Source: Polyangiaceae bacterium (GTDB lineage: Bacteria; Myxococcota_A; Polyangia; Polyangiales; Polyangiaceae). From it: a stretch of 26,152 nucleotides of DNA. The notes beneath the pieces are model-generated. The model saw only the letters and a list, made by a program, of their open reading frames with translations. It was not told where the DNA came from and ran no database searches. Every line of letters starts with the position of its first letter. Position 1 is the first letter of the stretch. The translations under genes and the position numbers were made by a program. Location of the stretch: the NCBI GenBank assembly GCA_033763455.1, contig JANRKO010000012.1, positions 1 through 26,152 of the forward strand, given 5' to 3'. This document shows positions 17,021 to 26,136 of this stretch, one piece after another.

Positions 17021-18297
17021 GCCCGATGTTTGGCTCAGTGGCCTCCTCGTGCGCACGTCCGTTGAGGTTGGGGAGCGTCGCCTTAGCTCTAGGCTTCTTC
17101 TGCCTCGCCTGTGGACCGAGCCACGGCATCGACGATTTGGATCCGGGTGCAGCGAACCTCGCTGGAGCGAATGCGGGCCCAACAAATCAGCCAACGTGTG
17201 AGCCACTCCCAGACGGGACGGAGCAGCTGGTGAAGGGGGTGCGCATCTTTGAATTAGCTGTATTTCAGGGAGTGAAAGTCTCTCTCGTGAATCAGATGAT
17301 GGCGGTGGAACCGCGCAACGCAGAAGTCATTGCGAACCGGCCCGCCCTCATTCGAGCTTACGTGGCTCCGGAGCCCGGGTGGGTGCCCAGAATTGTGCGA
17401 GCCAGGCTCACACTGCAAAACACCGATGCGGGCGGTCAGGTTTCGGAAATGGTATTTCCTCGCACCGTTAGCTTAAACGCGGATTCAACCGATCGAGATC
17501 TCGATTCAACCTACAACTTCGAAGTTCCTAAAGAGGCCATCACCGAAAATACGCGTTATTCGCTAGGCTTCTTTGAAACGGAGGCATGCCCGCCAGTTTC
17601 CGCCGGCACCGTGGCTCGTCTTCCGGCTGAGGGCTTCTCGGAGCTCCGCGCCCGCCGGGTCGGCGGGATCCGCGTGCAGCTGGTTCCTTTGCGTTTCACA
17701 GGGGCCGCCGAGCCGCTGCTTCCTGATACCACCGACGCTCAAGTCAACATCTACCGGGACGCGCTGTTTAAGTCCTACCCGGTGGATGCGGTGGATGTGC
17801 GCATTCGAAGTGAACCAGTAGATACATCTGCAACCACCATGACAGCGGTGCTTGATCAACTAGGCGAGCTCAAAGCTGGAGAGAATGCCCCGGCGGATCT
17901 CACGTACTTTGGGCTGGTGCGGTTCACCGAACGCTTGGAAGATTATTGTTCGCCGAGTTGCGTGCTCGGCGGAGCCTTTGACGGCGACCCAAACAATCCA
18001 ACGGCCGGAGTGGCAGTCGGTGTCGGGTATTCAGGGGAAGCTTCCGCTGGCACCTTCGTTCATGAGTTAGGACACGTTTACGGGCGGCCGCACACTCCGT
18101 GTGGTGTTGAGGGGGACCCGGGGTATCCCTACCGTGGAGGGCTTATCGGCAGTTGGGGGTACGATCTTGTCAACCATGAGCTCATCGATCCCATGACGCA
18201 TGTTGATTTTATGGGCTATTGCTCTCCCGTTTGGGTGAGCGACTACACCTTCGCGCATCTGCAAGCGTATCTGGCGCGGTTGAACGGGAACCGCTAG
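17017..18297 (+). CDS. Metzincin zinc metalloprotease lipoprotein (M66-like)
   Basis: GTGA overlap with the upstream stop (alternative ATG 17026); lipobox CLA-C; HELGHVYGRPH (HExxHxxGxxH) at 18061-18093; DFMGYC Met-turn; WGYD. Confidence 0.87.
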   Translation: MSPMFGSVASSCARPLRLGSVALALGFFCLACGPSHGIDDLDPGAANLAGANAGPTNQPTCEPLPDGTEQLVKGVRIFELAVFQGVKVSLVNQMMAVEPRNAEVIANRPALIRAYVAPEPGWVPRIVRARLTLQNTDAGGQVSEMVFPRTVSLNADSTDRDLDSTYNFEVPKEAITENTRYSLGFFETEACPPVSAGTVARLPAEGFSELRARRVGGIRVQLVPLRFTGAAEPLLPDTTDAQVNIYRDALFKSYPVDAVDVRIRSEPVDTSATTMTAVLDQLGELKAGENAPADLTYFGLVRFTERLEDYCSPSCVLGGAFDGDPNNPTAGVAVGVGYSGEASAGTFVHELGHVYGRPHTPCGVEGDPGYPYRGGLIGSWGYDLVNHELIDPMTHVDFMGYCSPVWVSDYTFAHLQAYLARLNGNR

Positions 18298-18312
18298 AAA
18301 GCCACTCCTCCC

Positions 18313-19107
18313 ATGAGAACCCTTTATCCCACTTTGGCAGTTGTAATGAGCGTGGCTTCTCTGTGCGCGGCCTGCGGCGTGGAGGAAACAACGCCGCCCT
18401 TCGTTCCACCGCCGATGAACTGCGACGGCGCCGCCCTTCTTGCTACCGCCCCCAAGACGGCGCGCCTGGCCAAGAGTGCGGGGTTCACGGGAACTCCGGA
18501 GGCGTACACCGCCTTGTACGAGGTCGCGTGTGGGTCAGTAGCCGATTGCTCACAGGCCTGTGTCGCTAGTGGGGGCACAGGGGAAATGTGCGATGCTTCC
18601 GAGTGCCTGCCCAGCGGCACCACGGGCATGACATGCTTGCCGCCGCCCGTGTGGAGCAACCTGCAAGGGATCCAAGCTGAATCCTCGCTCACCGACGACG
18701 CAGTGCAGATCGTAGCCGTGGAAACACCGTATCGAGATCAGCTGCTCACTTCTCAGTTTGGCCTTGGGGTACCCGCGGACGCGGTAATCCGTGGAATTCA
18801 GGTCAGCATACGGCACGCTGGCGATGAGTCGATTGCGGACGATTCCGTCAAATTGACGAAAGCCGGGAGAGCCGTGGGCGCTGAACGTGCCGCCGCCCAG
18901 GCGTGGTCCAGCGAAAAGTTAACCTGGGTGGATTACGGAGGCCCAGATGATCTCTGGGGGGAAGCCTGGACACCGGCCGACCTGAACGCTGATGGGTTCG
19001 GAGTCGCCCAAACGGTGATCTACGGAAAAACGGTCGGAAATTCCCGAGCGTACGTGGATCAGGTTCGAGTCACTGTGCACTATTCTGTGAGCTCGGCGTG
19101 TCGTTGA
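18313..19107 (+). CDS. Lipoprotein with Cys-rich N-domain and beta-sandwich-like C-domain, unknown function
   Basis: Lipobox CAA-C; Cys cluster; FGLGVPADAVIRGI.V...YGGPDDLWG..WT.ADLN..GFGV...VDQVRVTVHY. Confidence 0.8.
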   Translation: MRTLYPTLAVVMSVASLCAACGVEETTPPFVPPPMNCDGAALLATAPKTARLAKSAGFTGTPEAYTALYEVACGSVADCSQACVASGGTGEMCDASECLPSGTTGMTCLPPPVWSNLQGIQAESSLTDDAVQIVAVETPYRDQLLTSQFGLGVPADAVIRGIQVSIRHAGDESIADDSVKLTKAGRAVGAERAAAQAWSSEKLTWVDYGGPDDLWGEAWTPADLNADGFGVAQTVIYGKTVGNSRAYVDQVRVTVHYSVSSACR

Positions 19108-19331
19108 GGGGGCAGGTGGGGGTGGCTTAATGGTGCTTCGGGCGCGCGCTTCTCGCCGAACCTAGTTGATATCCACCGAGGCAATCCGCCCTTCAGGTGC
19201 CCCCTGAACAAGTGAGCCGCTGGCAGAGCTTGTCCTAGCTGTTGGTGATTTCTCTCCATGTTCTCGGTTCGCCTGGTAAGCTTGTTGATGCCGCGGTGCT
19301 AGACCCACAGTGGCTGGGCTAAGGAGGACTC

Positions 19332-19631
19332 ATGGAATACGAAGAGCTTCACCGACAAGCAGTTTTGGCGGTCGCCAATTACGCGCAGGCTCTGCATCAG
19401 CTCCCGCACACCACGGTCGATGACCGGTTGTGCCTAAAACTGGTGCTGGACATGCTCGACGGTTGGGAGCGCGCGCGCCTGCAAAAGCTAAATGCTCACT
19501 TCAAGCCTAAGCAGCTGCCCGCCAAGAAGGCCGGGAAGAAGGCAAAAGTGGCGGCAAAAGCGGCGGCAATACCCAAGAGGGCGAAGCTGCTTGATCGGCG
19601 AAAAATCTCGCGATCCAAATTGGGGGCGTAG
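19332..19631 (+). CDS. Small hypothetical protein with Lys/Ala-rich basic tail
   Basis: Strong SD AAGGAGGA; helical-looking N-half; tail AKKAGKKAKVAAKAAA. Confidence 0.7.
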   Translation: MEYEELHRQAVLAVANYAQALHQLPHTTVDDRLCLKLVLDMLDGWERARLQKLNAHFKPKQLPAKKAGKKAKVAAKAAAIPKRAKLLDRRKISRSKLGA

Positions 19632-19636
19632 CGTCC

Positions 19637-19936
19637 ATGGGGTCGATGCTGTCGGCGAAGTGCGCCTGCGGTCTGAAGGCGAAGGTCCTGAGCGGCCCCG
19701 GCGTGATCATAGGCAGCCTCTGCGCTCCAGCGTGGTGCCAAAGCTGCCAACACCTGGTAACGGCGAGCACCGCACGGGGAAAGCCGCGCTGTCCCAAGTG
19801 CCGCAAGGCGGTGCAGGTGATCGAGCTCAGTGAAAAGCCAAGCACCTCCGAGGATGGTGGGTCCGGAGACCTGGTCACTTGTCCACGCTGTGGCGAGCCA
19901 GCATTGAGATTTACTGAATACGGGATGTGGGACTAG
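19637..19936 (+). CDS. Double zinc-ribbon protein
   Basis: CACG, CQSC, CPKC and CPRC motifs; ends in WD; starts 5 nt after the previous stop. Confidence 0.78.
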   Translation: MGSMLSAKCACGLKAKVLSGPGVIIGSLCAPAWCQSCQHLVTASTARGKPRCPKCRKAVQVIELSEKPSTSEDGGSGDLVTCPRCGEPALRFTEYGMWD

Positions 19937-19978
19937 ATCAGAAGGCTGTCGAGATGGGAAAGGGGGTGATGCTGGTCA

Positions 19979-21757
19979 TCAGAGAGCTTCAAACCAGATC
20001 TTGATTTTCTGCGCCATGAGCTTGCGCCTGTGTTCGAGAAAGTCGTCGTACGCGGGAATTTCGCCATTGAGAAGCGATTCCGGCAGGCAACTCATGCGGA
20101 GGTTCGCGCACAGTTCTTCTCTGTTCGTGATGCCGCCATATTTCTTGGCACCGCCGTTACACTGTTGGGCCAGTTCAGTGAAGTAGATTTCGGGGGCGCT
20201 GTCGCCTATGGCGATGTTGATCTCGCTTTGAGCAAGAACGAAGTTGGCGATCTGGTTGTAGCGACCGCGAGCGAGCCCCTGCTTCTTGAGGTAGTTGCGC
20301 GGGTAAACATGGTGTACGTCACTCCGGTTCATCATCAGGTCCTGAACGGTGATGTCGCGGGAAAGGAAACCTTTGTCGCCAAGTTTCACTTGCGCCGCCT
20401 TGTAGGCGAGGAAATAAGGACTCTGGGCGGAGGAGGTGTCCATCAACTGAGGGAGCATTCCAGTCCAAAAACTCGCTGGCAGTTCGTTTTCAATGACCGC
20501 ATCGCAGTATGCAATCAAGCCGCGTGCCTCAACCTGCCGAATATCGAAGTCGAACGCGGTCTCCGGACTGCCGGTGTAGCGCCCACGCAGGATGGACATG
20601 GCATACCAACGGCGTACGAGCCGTTCGAGGTCGGCGGCTGGAACGCCTTCAGCGCGTCCCCTCAGGTAAAGAATATAGGCGAAATTTACCGCGTTTTTGC
20701 CACCAATCAGGTCGTTCGTTACGAAGCCCGCGGAGCGAACGATCATGGTGAAGCGCTCGAAATGGGTCTTGTTGATGAAGCGCAGGATGCCCTGTTTCAG
20801 CTTGGCGAACGAGGCCTCCGCGATGACGTCTTCATATTGGCGGGTCTCGAAGTTACGTCCCGAAAGTAGCGCCACGAGGTCTGCCAACTTTCCGCGCCCG
20901 AACTCGGCGGTGAAGGCCACGCGAAGCATGTCGGTGTAGGTCGGATCGTAGATGTCGTCGTTCACATCCTTGAGCCAGCGCATCTGCGGGAAAAATTCTG
21001 AGGCAGCAAAAGGCTTGTCGCCCTTTTCGATGAGCCCAAGAAAGTCTGGCGCGACGGCGAGATGACAGAAGTAGTCGATTGCCTTGCGCAACATATTCCC
21101 GCCATGGGTTTCGTTGGCCGCGATTTTCGACATGGCAAAATCGGCCTGCGACAGCTCAGCACCGGCGGAATTCACGCGGATAAAAATCTCCGTGACGGTC
21201 TCAATGTCGAGGTCCTCGGCGAGTTCGATCAGGCCGACGTGGTTGTTAATGATCTTGCCGAGCTTTTGCAGCACCTTGCCAACATGTTTGCGGTCGGCAC
21301 TGGAGTTCTTAGAAACATACTCCTCGGTCAACTCGATCAGATCAGCTTCAGGCGAGAAGACAGCAGCCACATCCTCGATCCATGCGACGTTGGCAACCTC
21401 GAACTTCTCCGTCAAGGGATGGAAGGCGATCCTAACACGGATGGTCTCGTAGTCCTTGGTCAGGACCTCGCGCCCGAGCAGCCCAGCCATCAATGCGGTG
21501 ACGCGCTGCTGGCCATCGATGAGAATCCGTTTTCCGGCCGAGGGAGCTCCATCCTTGAGCTTCACGGTCGGGTTTCGCCACGCGATTAGGTAGCCGACCG
21601 GATAGCCCTGGTAGAGCGAATCGAGCAGGTTGCGAACTTTCGCCGGCTCCCAAACGAAGGGCCGTTGGATCTCAGGGATGGCAATCTCGCCTGACTTCAC
21701 CCAAGTGAGCAAGGTTTCGATGGGATGTGGGGTTACGGAGTAGCGTTGAGTGGACAT
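19979..21757 (-). CDS. GmrSD-family type IV (modification-dependent) restriction endonuclease, DUF262 + DUF1524/HNH fusion
   Basis: [16 protein letters not shown] and FIRVN (DUF262 motifs); DVHHVYP...NQIANF (DUF1524 HNH-like). Confidence 0.9.
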   Translation of the reverse strand: MSTQRYSVTPHPIETLLTWVKSGEIAIPEIQRPFVWEPAKVRNLLDSLYQGYPVGYLIAWRNPTVKLKDGAPSAGKRILIDGQQRVTALMAGLLGREVLTKDYETIRVRIAFHPLTEKFEVANVAWIEDVAAVFSPEADLIELTEEYVSKNSSADRKHVGKVLQKLGKIINNHVGLIELAEDLDIETVTEIFIRVNSAGAELSQADFAMSKIAANETHGGNMLRKAIDYFCHLAVAPDFLGLIEKGDKPFAASEFFPQMRWLKDVNDDIYDPTYTDMLRVAFTAEFGRGKLADLVALLSGRNFETRQYEDVIAEASFAKLKQGILRFINKTHFERFTMIVRSAGFVTNDLIGGKNAVNFAYILYLRGRAEGVPAADLERLVRRWYAMSILRGRYTGSPETAFDFDIRQVEARGLIAYCDAVIENELPASFWTGMLPQLMDTSSAQSPYFLAYKAAQVKLGDKGFLSRDITVQDLMMNRSDVHHVYPRNYLKKQGLARGRYNQIANFVLAQSEINIAIGDSAPEIYFTELAQQCNGGAKKYGGITNREELCANLRMSCLPESLLNGEIPAYDDFLEHRRKLMAQKIKIWFEAL

Positions 21758-21991
21758 GAGAGGGTGTTTTCTAATGGCCGCTTAGCCGGAGCTGGCTCGT
21801 GGCAGTTGAGTAGCGCCATTATTCGCGAAACCTGTAAACATATTCGCGGCAACGTAGCCGTTCTAGTCAACCCGGGGAACAGCTTTCTGCGGGCGGTGGG
21901 CTAAATAATGTCACAGGGGCGTCGGTTAAGGGTGCGGGGAGGGGCGAAAGATTCGCTACGCTGCAGGGGCGTTTTGCGGGACCATGATGTT

Positions 21992-22020
21992 TCTGAGTTG
22001 TAGTGGTGCGTCTACAAACC
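21992..22020 (+). repeat. 29-bp direct repeat, copy 1, with internal TTGTAG-N8-CTACAA inverted repeat
   Basis: TCTGAGTTGTAGTGGTGCGTCTACAAACC; 26/29 identical to 24324-24352. Confidence 0.85.
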
Positions 22021-22441
22021 GGCGACAAGCCGGCCTGCACCGTCAAAATCCAGCAGATATGCGCCGATCATCTCCGATTGTGCCGCATCGGGGAGCACCT
22101 GTTGAAACTTGCTAAGGCGGTATTCTGGCACCAGCGAGCGGAGCTTGGCGCGCGTTTCCGGAGCCGACCAGAACTAGGGCTGCGCGAGCGCGGACAGTTG
22201 GGCTTGGACGCTGTCGTGGCTTATGTCGTTGCTCTTGATGCGGATGGGGTAGAGGAGTTACGTGTCCTGCAGCCGGCGCCACATCAGGTTCCGCCGCTCC
22301 GCACGCGCACGGCAGGCGTTCCGAGGGCCGAGGGGCGCGGCGTGCGAGGAGCAAGTGATCGATCTGCCTCTAAGGCCCGAAGGGGTTCAGGAACCCTGGC
22401 TATCGAAGTGCCCCGCTTGCCTCGATCGGGCAAGAAACGGC

Positions 22442-22470
22442 TTGCGCAGCGCCGATCCGAGCCCTACTGT
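22442..22470 (+). promoter_or_regulatory. Putative sigma70 promoter TTGCGC-N17-TACTGT
   Basis: Canonical 17-nt spacing; lies 23 nt upstream of ATG 22494. Confidence 0.5.
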
Positions 22471-22493
22471 ACGCCTGAACACCCGGGGCGATC

Positions 22494-22700
22494 ATGAGCC
22501 AAGCCAGCACCAAGCAGCAACCCAACGTGTGGCACGCACCCAAGAACGCGCGGTCCGAAGCGCTGAAGGGTGTACGGCTCGTGGCGCCTTCTCCTGAGGT
22601 GGCCGCCGCGCTTGAGGCTCGAGTCGATCATGCGCGCGCACGCGCACGCGCCTATGAAACCCCGGTCACTGACGAAACGCTGCGGCAAAAGGTGTCGTGA
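22494..22700 (+). CDS. 68-aa protein translationally coupled to the downstream peptidase-like gene
   Basis: Lies after the predicted promoter; its stop overlaps the next start as GTGA (22697-22700). Confidence 0.65.
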   Translation: MSQASTKQQPNVWHAPKNARSEALKGVRLVAPSPEVAAALEARVDHARARARAYETPVTDETLRQKVS

Positions 22701-24265
22701 CGGCGTTCGGGGGGAACGAGGCGCAATCACTCAAGCTCGAGCCGTTCGACGTCGCGTCGTTCCCGAGCGGCGTACGCGGAGCGTCGCAGGTGCTGTACCT
22801 GCGGTGTTACCTCGCTGACCTCAACGCGCAGTCGGTCGTTGAAGAACCCAACTACTTCGACCGCGACTACCTCGCCGAGTTCGCTGCCTTCTATTCCACG
22901 AGCAGCAAGGGTTACCGCAACATCTGCCGGCGCCTGCACCTGTTCGATGCACCACTGCCGGAGTTGAGACAAACGTTCGCTGCCGCGCTTGGTGGTATCG
23001 AAGAGGCGGTCACTCGGCTGAATCAGAGCTATCTCGGCTTCATCGTTGTGAGGCCGCTCCCCATGACGCCGCTTGGGCGTACGGTGCTCAAACTCTACCC
23101 GGAGCGAAGCCCCAATTTCCCCCGGGAAACGCGACCTGCGCGCGTCTACCGAGCCAACCTTCTCGGCCTTCCCCTCGAAGTCCGAGGTCTAGCCTGGCAG
23201 CAACAAGATCAAGGTGTCGGGGCGTGCGCGACCGTGGCGCTTTGGACAATGTTCCATTCGTCAGCATTGGACGAGCACCACGCGGTGCCGACCACCGTCG
23301 AAGTCACCCGCGCCGCACACTCGCGCTGGCCACTCAGTCGCCGCGTCTTCCCTTCCGACGGCCTGAACGTTCACCAGCTGTGCGACGCCATCAAGGCGCA
23401 GGGGTTGCTTCCAACCGTGCTCGAGGGCGACGAGGCAGTGCGCACACCAGCGGGAGTCCTGCAGACCTTCGGCCGCGCCCGCTTCGCTGCTTCGTGCGCC
23501 GCGCTAGTTCGGTCCGGGTACCCGGTGCTGGTGGCCGCTCGCGTGCTCGGAGACCTCGGTGGTGAGGGTCATGCCGTTACCATTGTGGGATATCGTCCTG
23601 CCGCATCGCCCAGCGCACCGAGTGGCGAGGCCGTCGAGGAAGACGGGTCGATAGAGCACTTGTACGTGCACGACGACAATCTCGGTCCCAGTGTTCGCTT
23701 CACGATTGACGAAGCCGAAGTCATTACTGGTGGTCCTACGGTTACGGTGCTGCGCGCGGCCCCTCCGCCGCCGCTGAACGGTCGCGCGGCGCTGGCTGAT
23801 CCGACGGCCTCATACGTCAAGCTCGTGCCGACGAGCCTCGTCGCCGCGCTTCCCAATGAGATCCGCATCAGCTCCGATTATCTGAACAGCTTCGCCGCCA
23901 CCGTCGCGGACACTATCGCTGGATATCTTGATGGCCTCTCGATCGGGTTGCCGGGTGTTAGCTTCTCGGCGTCCTTCATGCGTGCCAGCGCTTATTGGGG
24001 ACCCGAGCTCGGCCGTTGCTTGGACGGCCATCGCCTTCGGAAAGCACGACTCGCGCTGATGAACCGCGTACGCCCAATGAGCCTTCACATTGGAGTCGTA
24101 CGCATCGGCCTCCAAGGTGCGCCGCTCATCGACTTGCTGCTCGACACAACAGACAGCGAACTGTCCCCACAAATCTTCGCTCACGTCATGTTTCAAGGAT
24201 TTAGCCCAACTTGGCTACCGGGTGGCCTGGGTGCGGATTGGGGGACACCTGTTGTGGCCTGTTAA
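22697..24265 (+). CDS. Papain-fold/C39-like cysteine peptidase-family protein with uncharacterised N-terminal domain
   Basis: QQQDQGVGAC (oxyanion Gln and Cys), GYPVLV, GHAVTIVGY (His) and LYVHDD (Asp); N-domain YFDRDYL...CRRLHLF...YLGFIVVRP.P..LGRT. Confidence 0.78.
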   Translation: MTAFGGNEAQSLKLEPFDVASFPSGVRGASQVLYLRCYLADLNAQSVVEEPNYFDRDYLAEFAAFYSTSSKGYRNICRRLHLFDAPLPELRQTFAAALGGIEEAVTRLNQSYLGFIVVRPLPMTPLGRTVLKLYPERSPNFPRETRPARVYRANLLGLPLEVRGLAWQQQDQGVGACATVALWTMFHSSALDEHHAVPTTVEVTRAAHSRWPLSRRVFPSDGLNVHQLCDAIKAQGLLPTVLEGDEAVRTPAGVLQTFGRARFAASCAALVRSGYPVLVAARVLGDLGGEGHAVTIVGYRPAASPSAPSGEAVEEDGSIEHLYVHDDNLGPSVRFTIDEAEVITGGPTVTVLRAAPPPPLNGRAALADPTASYVKLVPTSLVAALPNEIRISSDYLNSFAATVADTIAGYLDGLSIGLPGVSFSASFMRASAYWGPELGRCLDGHRLRKARLALMNRVRPMSLHIGVVRIGLQGAPLIDLLLDTTDSELSPQIFAHVMFQGFSPTWLPGGLGADWGTPVVAC

Positions 24266-24323
24266 CGACAAGCAAGGCAATTCGAGTGGCGTTAGCCCGC
24301 GTTTTCGGGAACGAACCCGCCGC

Positions 24324-24352
24324 TCTGAGTTGCAGCTGTGCGTCTACAAACC
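24324..24352 (+). repeat. 29-bp direct repeat, copy 2
   Basis: TCTGAGTTGCAGCTGTGCGTCTACAAACC; both copies are preceded by GCGTTTT(G)CGGGA. Confidence 0.85.
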
Positions 24353-24733
24353 TACAGCGTTCGCCAGAAAACTAAAGGCCGCGCGAGCAGGAAGCCGAAG
24401 CGACCTGCAAGGCGGCCTTGCAAGGGGGCGGACTGAAGTCCTACGTGCAGCCTAGCGATGCCTGCCCACCCGTCAAGTGCCACGTAGTCACCGAGCTTCG
24501 CCAAGTTTGCAAGCGCGTGTGGTTTGGTTTGGGAACATATCGGAACAGCGCGAACGCGATTTCTCGAGCCCAGAGATGTCATGGGGTGGCTCGCGACCTG
24601 AAAAGTAGTGGTCACCTTTCGGCTATAGAAAGCCCAAGGGTATTCGGCCCGATTGACGCATCCGCAGCGCCGGTGAGGGCCGTTTGGACCCGTGCTGCTC
24701 GAAACTTCGGAAGAGGCAACGAAGGGCACGCTT

Positions 24734-24760
24734 GGGGGACAGTAATTAAGGCTGTCCCCC
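24734..24760. other. Perfect 9-bp hairpin GGGGGACAG-TAATTAAGG-CTGTCCCCC in the IS left end
   Basis: Directly visible inverted repeat; no U-tract follows. Confidence 0.7.
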
Positions 24761-24832
24761 TGGCAGCGAGGTCACTCAAACTGAGGCCTCAATCAAAACA
24801 CGCGCTCTATGGCGCAGCACAAGGAGACAGCC

Positions 24833-25855
24833 ATGCAACATGTTGCTATCGATCTCGGCAAGAAGGAATCCCAAATCTGTGTTCGTGCTCCGGACGGCCA
24901 AATTCTCGACGAACGCAAGATCCCCACGGTAAGCCTCGAACGATTCCTGCAACAGCAACCCTTCAGTCGGGTCATCCTCGAAACCTGTTCGGAGTCTTTC
25001 TCTGTGGCGGACAAGGCGCTCGACAGCAAGCACGAGGTCCGCGTTGTGCCGGCTACGCTGGTTCGCAGCCTGGGCGTGGGTGCTCGCGGCATCAAGACCG
25101 ATCGGCGCGACGCACAGGTTCTCAGCGAAGTTTCGTGCCGCATCGATTTGCCCTCCGTTCATGTTCCCAGTCATGTGGCGCGGGAACGCCGCGCCTTGTG
25201 CCAGATGCGCGAAACCCTCATCGCTTCCTGCGTCAGCCTCACCAACTGTGTGCGCGGATGGGCTCGAACGCAGCTGCTCAAGATACCTCCTTGCGGCACC
25301 GCTACCTTTCCCCGCCGAGTTCGCGAAAATGCCCTAAAAACTCACCACGGCCTTGCAAACTATGTCGAACGGCTCCTGCTTGCGATCGAAGCGCTCAACG
25401 AACAAATCAAGCTAGCCGACAAGGAGCTCGAGAAGCTTGCAGAGCAGGATCCTATTTGCCAGCGACTCATGTCCGTACCTGGTGTTGGACCCGTCACCAG
25501 CGTGCGCTTCATGGCCGCCCTCGACGATCGTTCCCGCTTTCCCAGCGCACACGCCGTTCAGGCCTATCTCGGCCTTACTCCCGGCGAAAACTCCAGCTCC
25601 GAACGCAAGCAGCGCACCGGCATCACGAAGGCAGGCCCGGCCGCCATGCGTCGAGCTTTGGTGCAAGCTGCATGGAACGTTCGACGCTTCAGACCCAACG
25701 ATCCGATCTCGCTCTGGGCACAGGAGATCGAGAAGCGTCGAGGAAAGTTCATTGCGACCGTCGCCGTGGCCCGCAAGCTCGCAGGGATCCTGTACGCGAT
25801 GTGGCGGGATGGCTCTCGTTACGAACCTGGCCACGCTCAACGCAAGGGATCCTAG
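24833..25855 (+). CDS. IS110-family DEDD transposase/recombinase
   Basis: SD AAGGAG; HVAIDLGK, VILET and KTDRRDA (DEDD); SVPGVG and AYLGLTP..NSS (C-terminal Ser domain); AVARKLA. Confidence 0.95.
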   Translation: MQHVAIDLGKKESQICVRAPDGQILDERKIPTVSLERFLQQQPFSRVILETCSESFSVADKALDSKHEVRVVPATLVRSLGVGARGIKTDRRDAQVLSEVSCRIDLPSVHVPSHVARERRALCQMRETLIASCVSLTNCVRGWARTQLLKIPPCGTATFPRRVRENALKTHHGLANYVERLLLAIEALNEQIKLADKELEKLAEQDPICQRLMSVPGVGPVTSVRFMAALDDRSRFPSAHAVQAYLGLTPGENSSSERKQRTGITKAGPAAMRRALVQAAWNVRRFRPNDPISLWAQEIEKRRGKFIATVAVARKLAGILYAMWRDGSRYEPGHAQRKGS

Positions 25856-26136
25856 CCCCCTCATACCAATCTTTGGCGGTCTTCATGGCTGTCCAGAGGC
25901 CAAACATTGGCTGTCCAGAGGCGGCAAGCGCGACCTCTCCGCTCCCGGCGTCCGGCTTATGCCGGTTACGACCTCGTCACGGCGATTGCGCTCCGCCAAC
26001 GGATTTACACCTATGCGCCACCACGAGCGCGGATAGTCGATTGCGACAGCCCGTTTTTTTGCCTCTGTCTAGCCCAAGACCTGCCTCATAACGACCAACA
26101 CCCGATCGTAGGGAGAACTTTGTCTTTGACTGTTGT
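25856..26136 (+). ncRNA. Candidate bridge/seekRNA in the IS 3' non-coding end (limits approximate)
   Basis: ~280-nt non-coding end, as in IS1111 elements; ATAGTCGAT (26033-26041) matches the predicted circle junction; stem GCGCTC/GAGCGC; duplicated CGATTGCG motif. Confidence 0.6.

Noticed and set aside
20030..21589. Long + strand ORFs opposite GmrSD
   Set aside because: Antisense shadows of a gene with clear family motifs.
22003..22497. 164-aa ORF whose stop overlaps the 68-aa gene start (ATGA)
   Set aside because: Starts inside the repeat, is Arg-rich with no motifs, and contains the predicted promoter. Not fully excluded.
24255..24297. Possible integron attC (TAAC...GTTAGCC) after the peptidase gene
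   Set aside because: Too short, poor R-box complementarity, no L boxes, no integrase in the window.
21992..24352. CRISPR interpretation of the 29-bp repeats
   Set aside because: Only two copies, 2.3 kb apart, and no cas genes.
24418..26091. 557-aa ORF overlapping the IS110 transposase
   Set aside because: Alternate-frame shadow: Arg/Pro/Ser-rich, no motifs, and it crosses the IS boundary.
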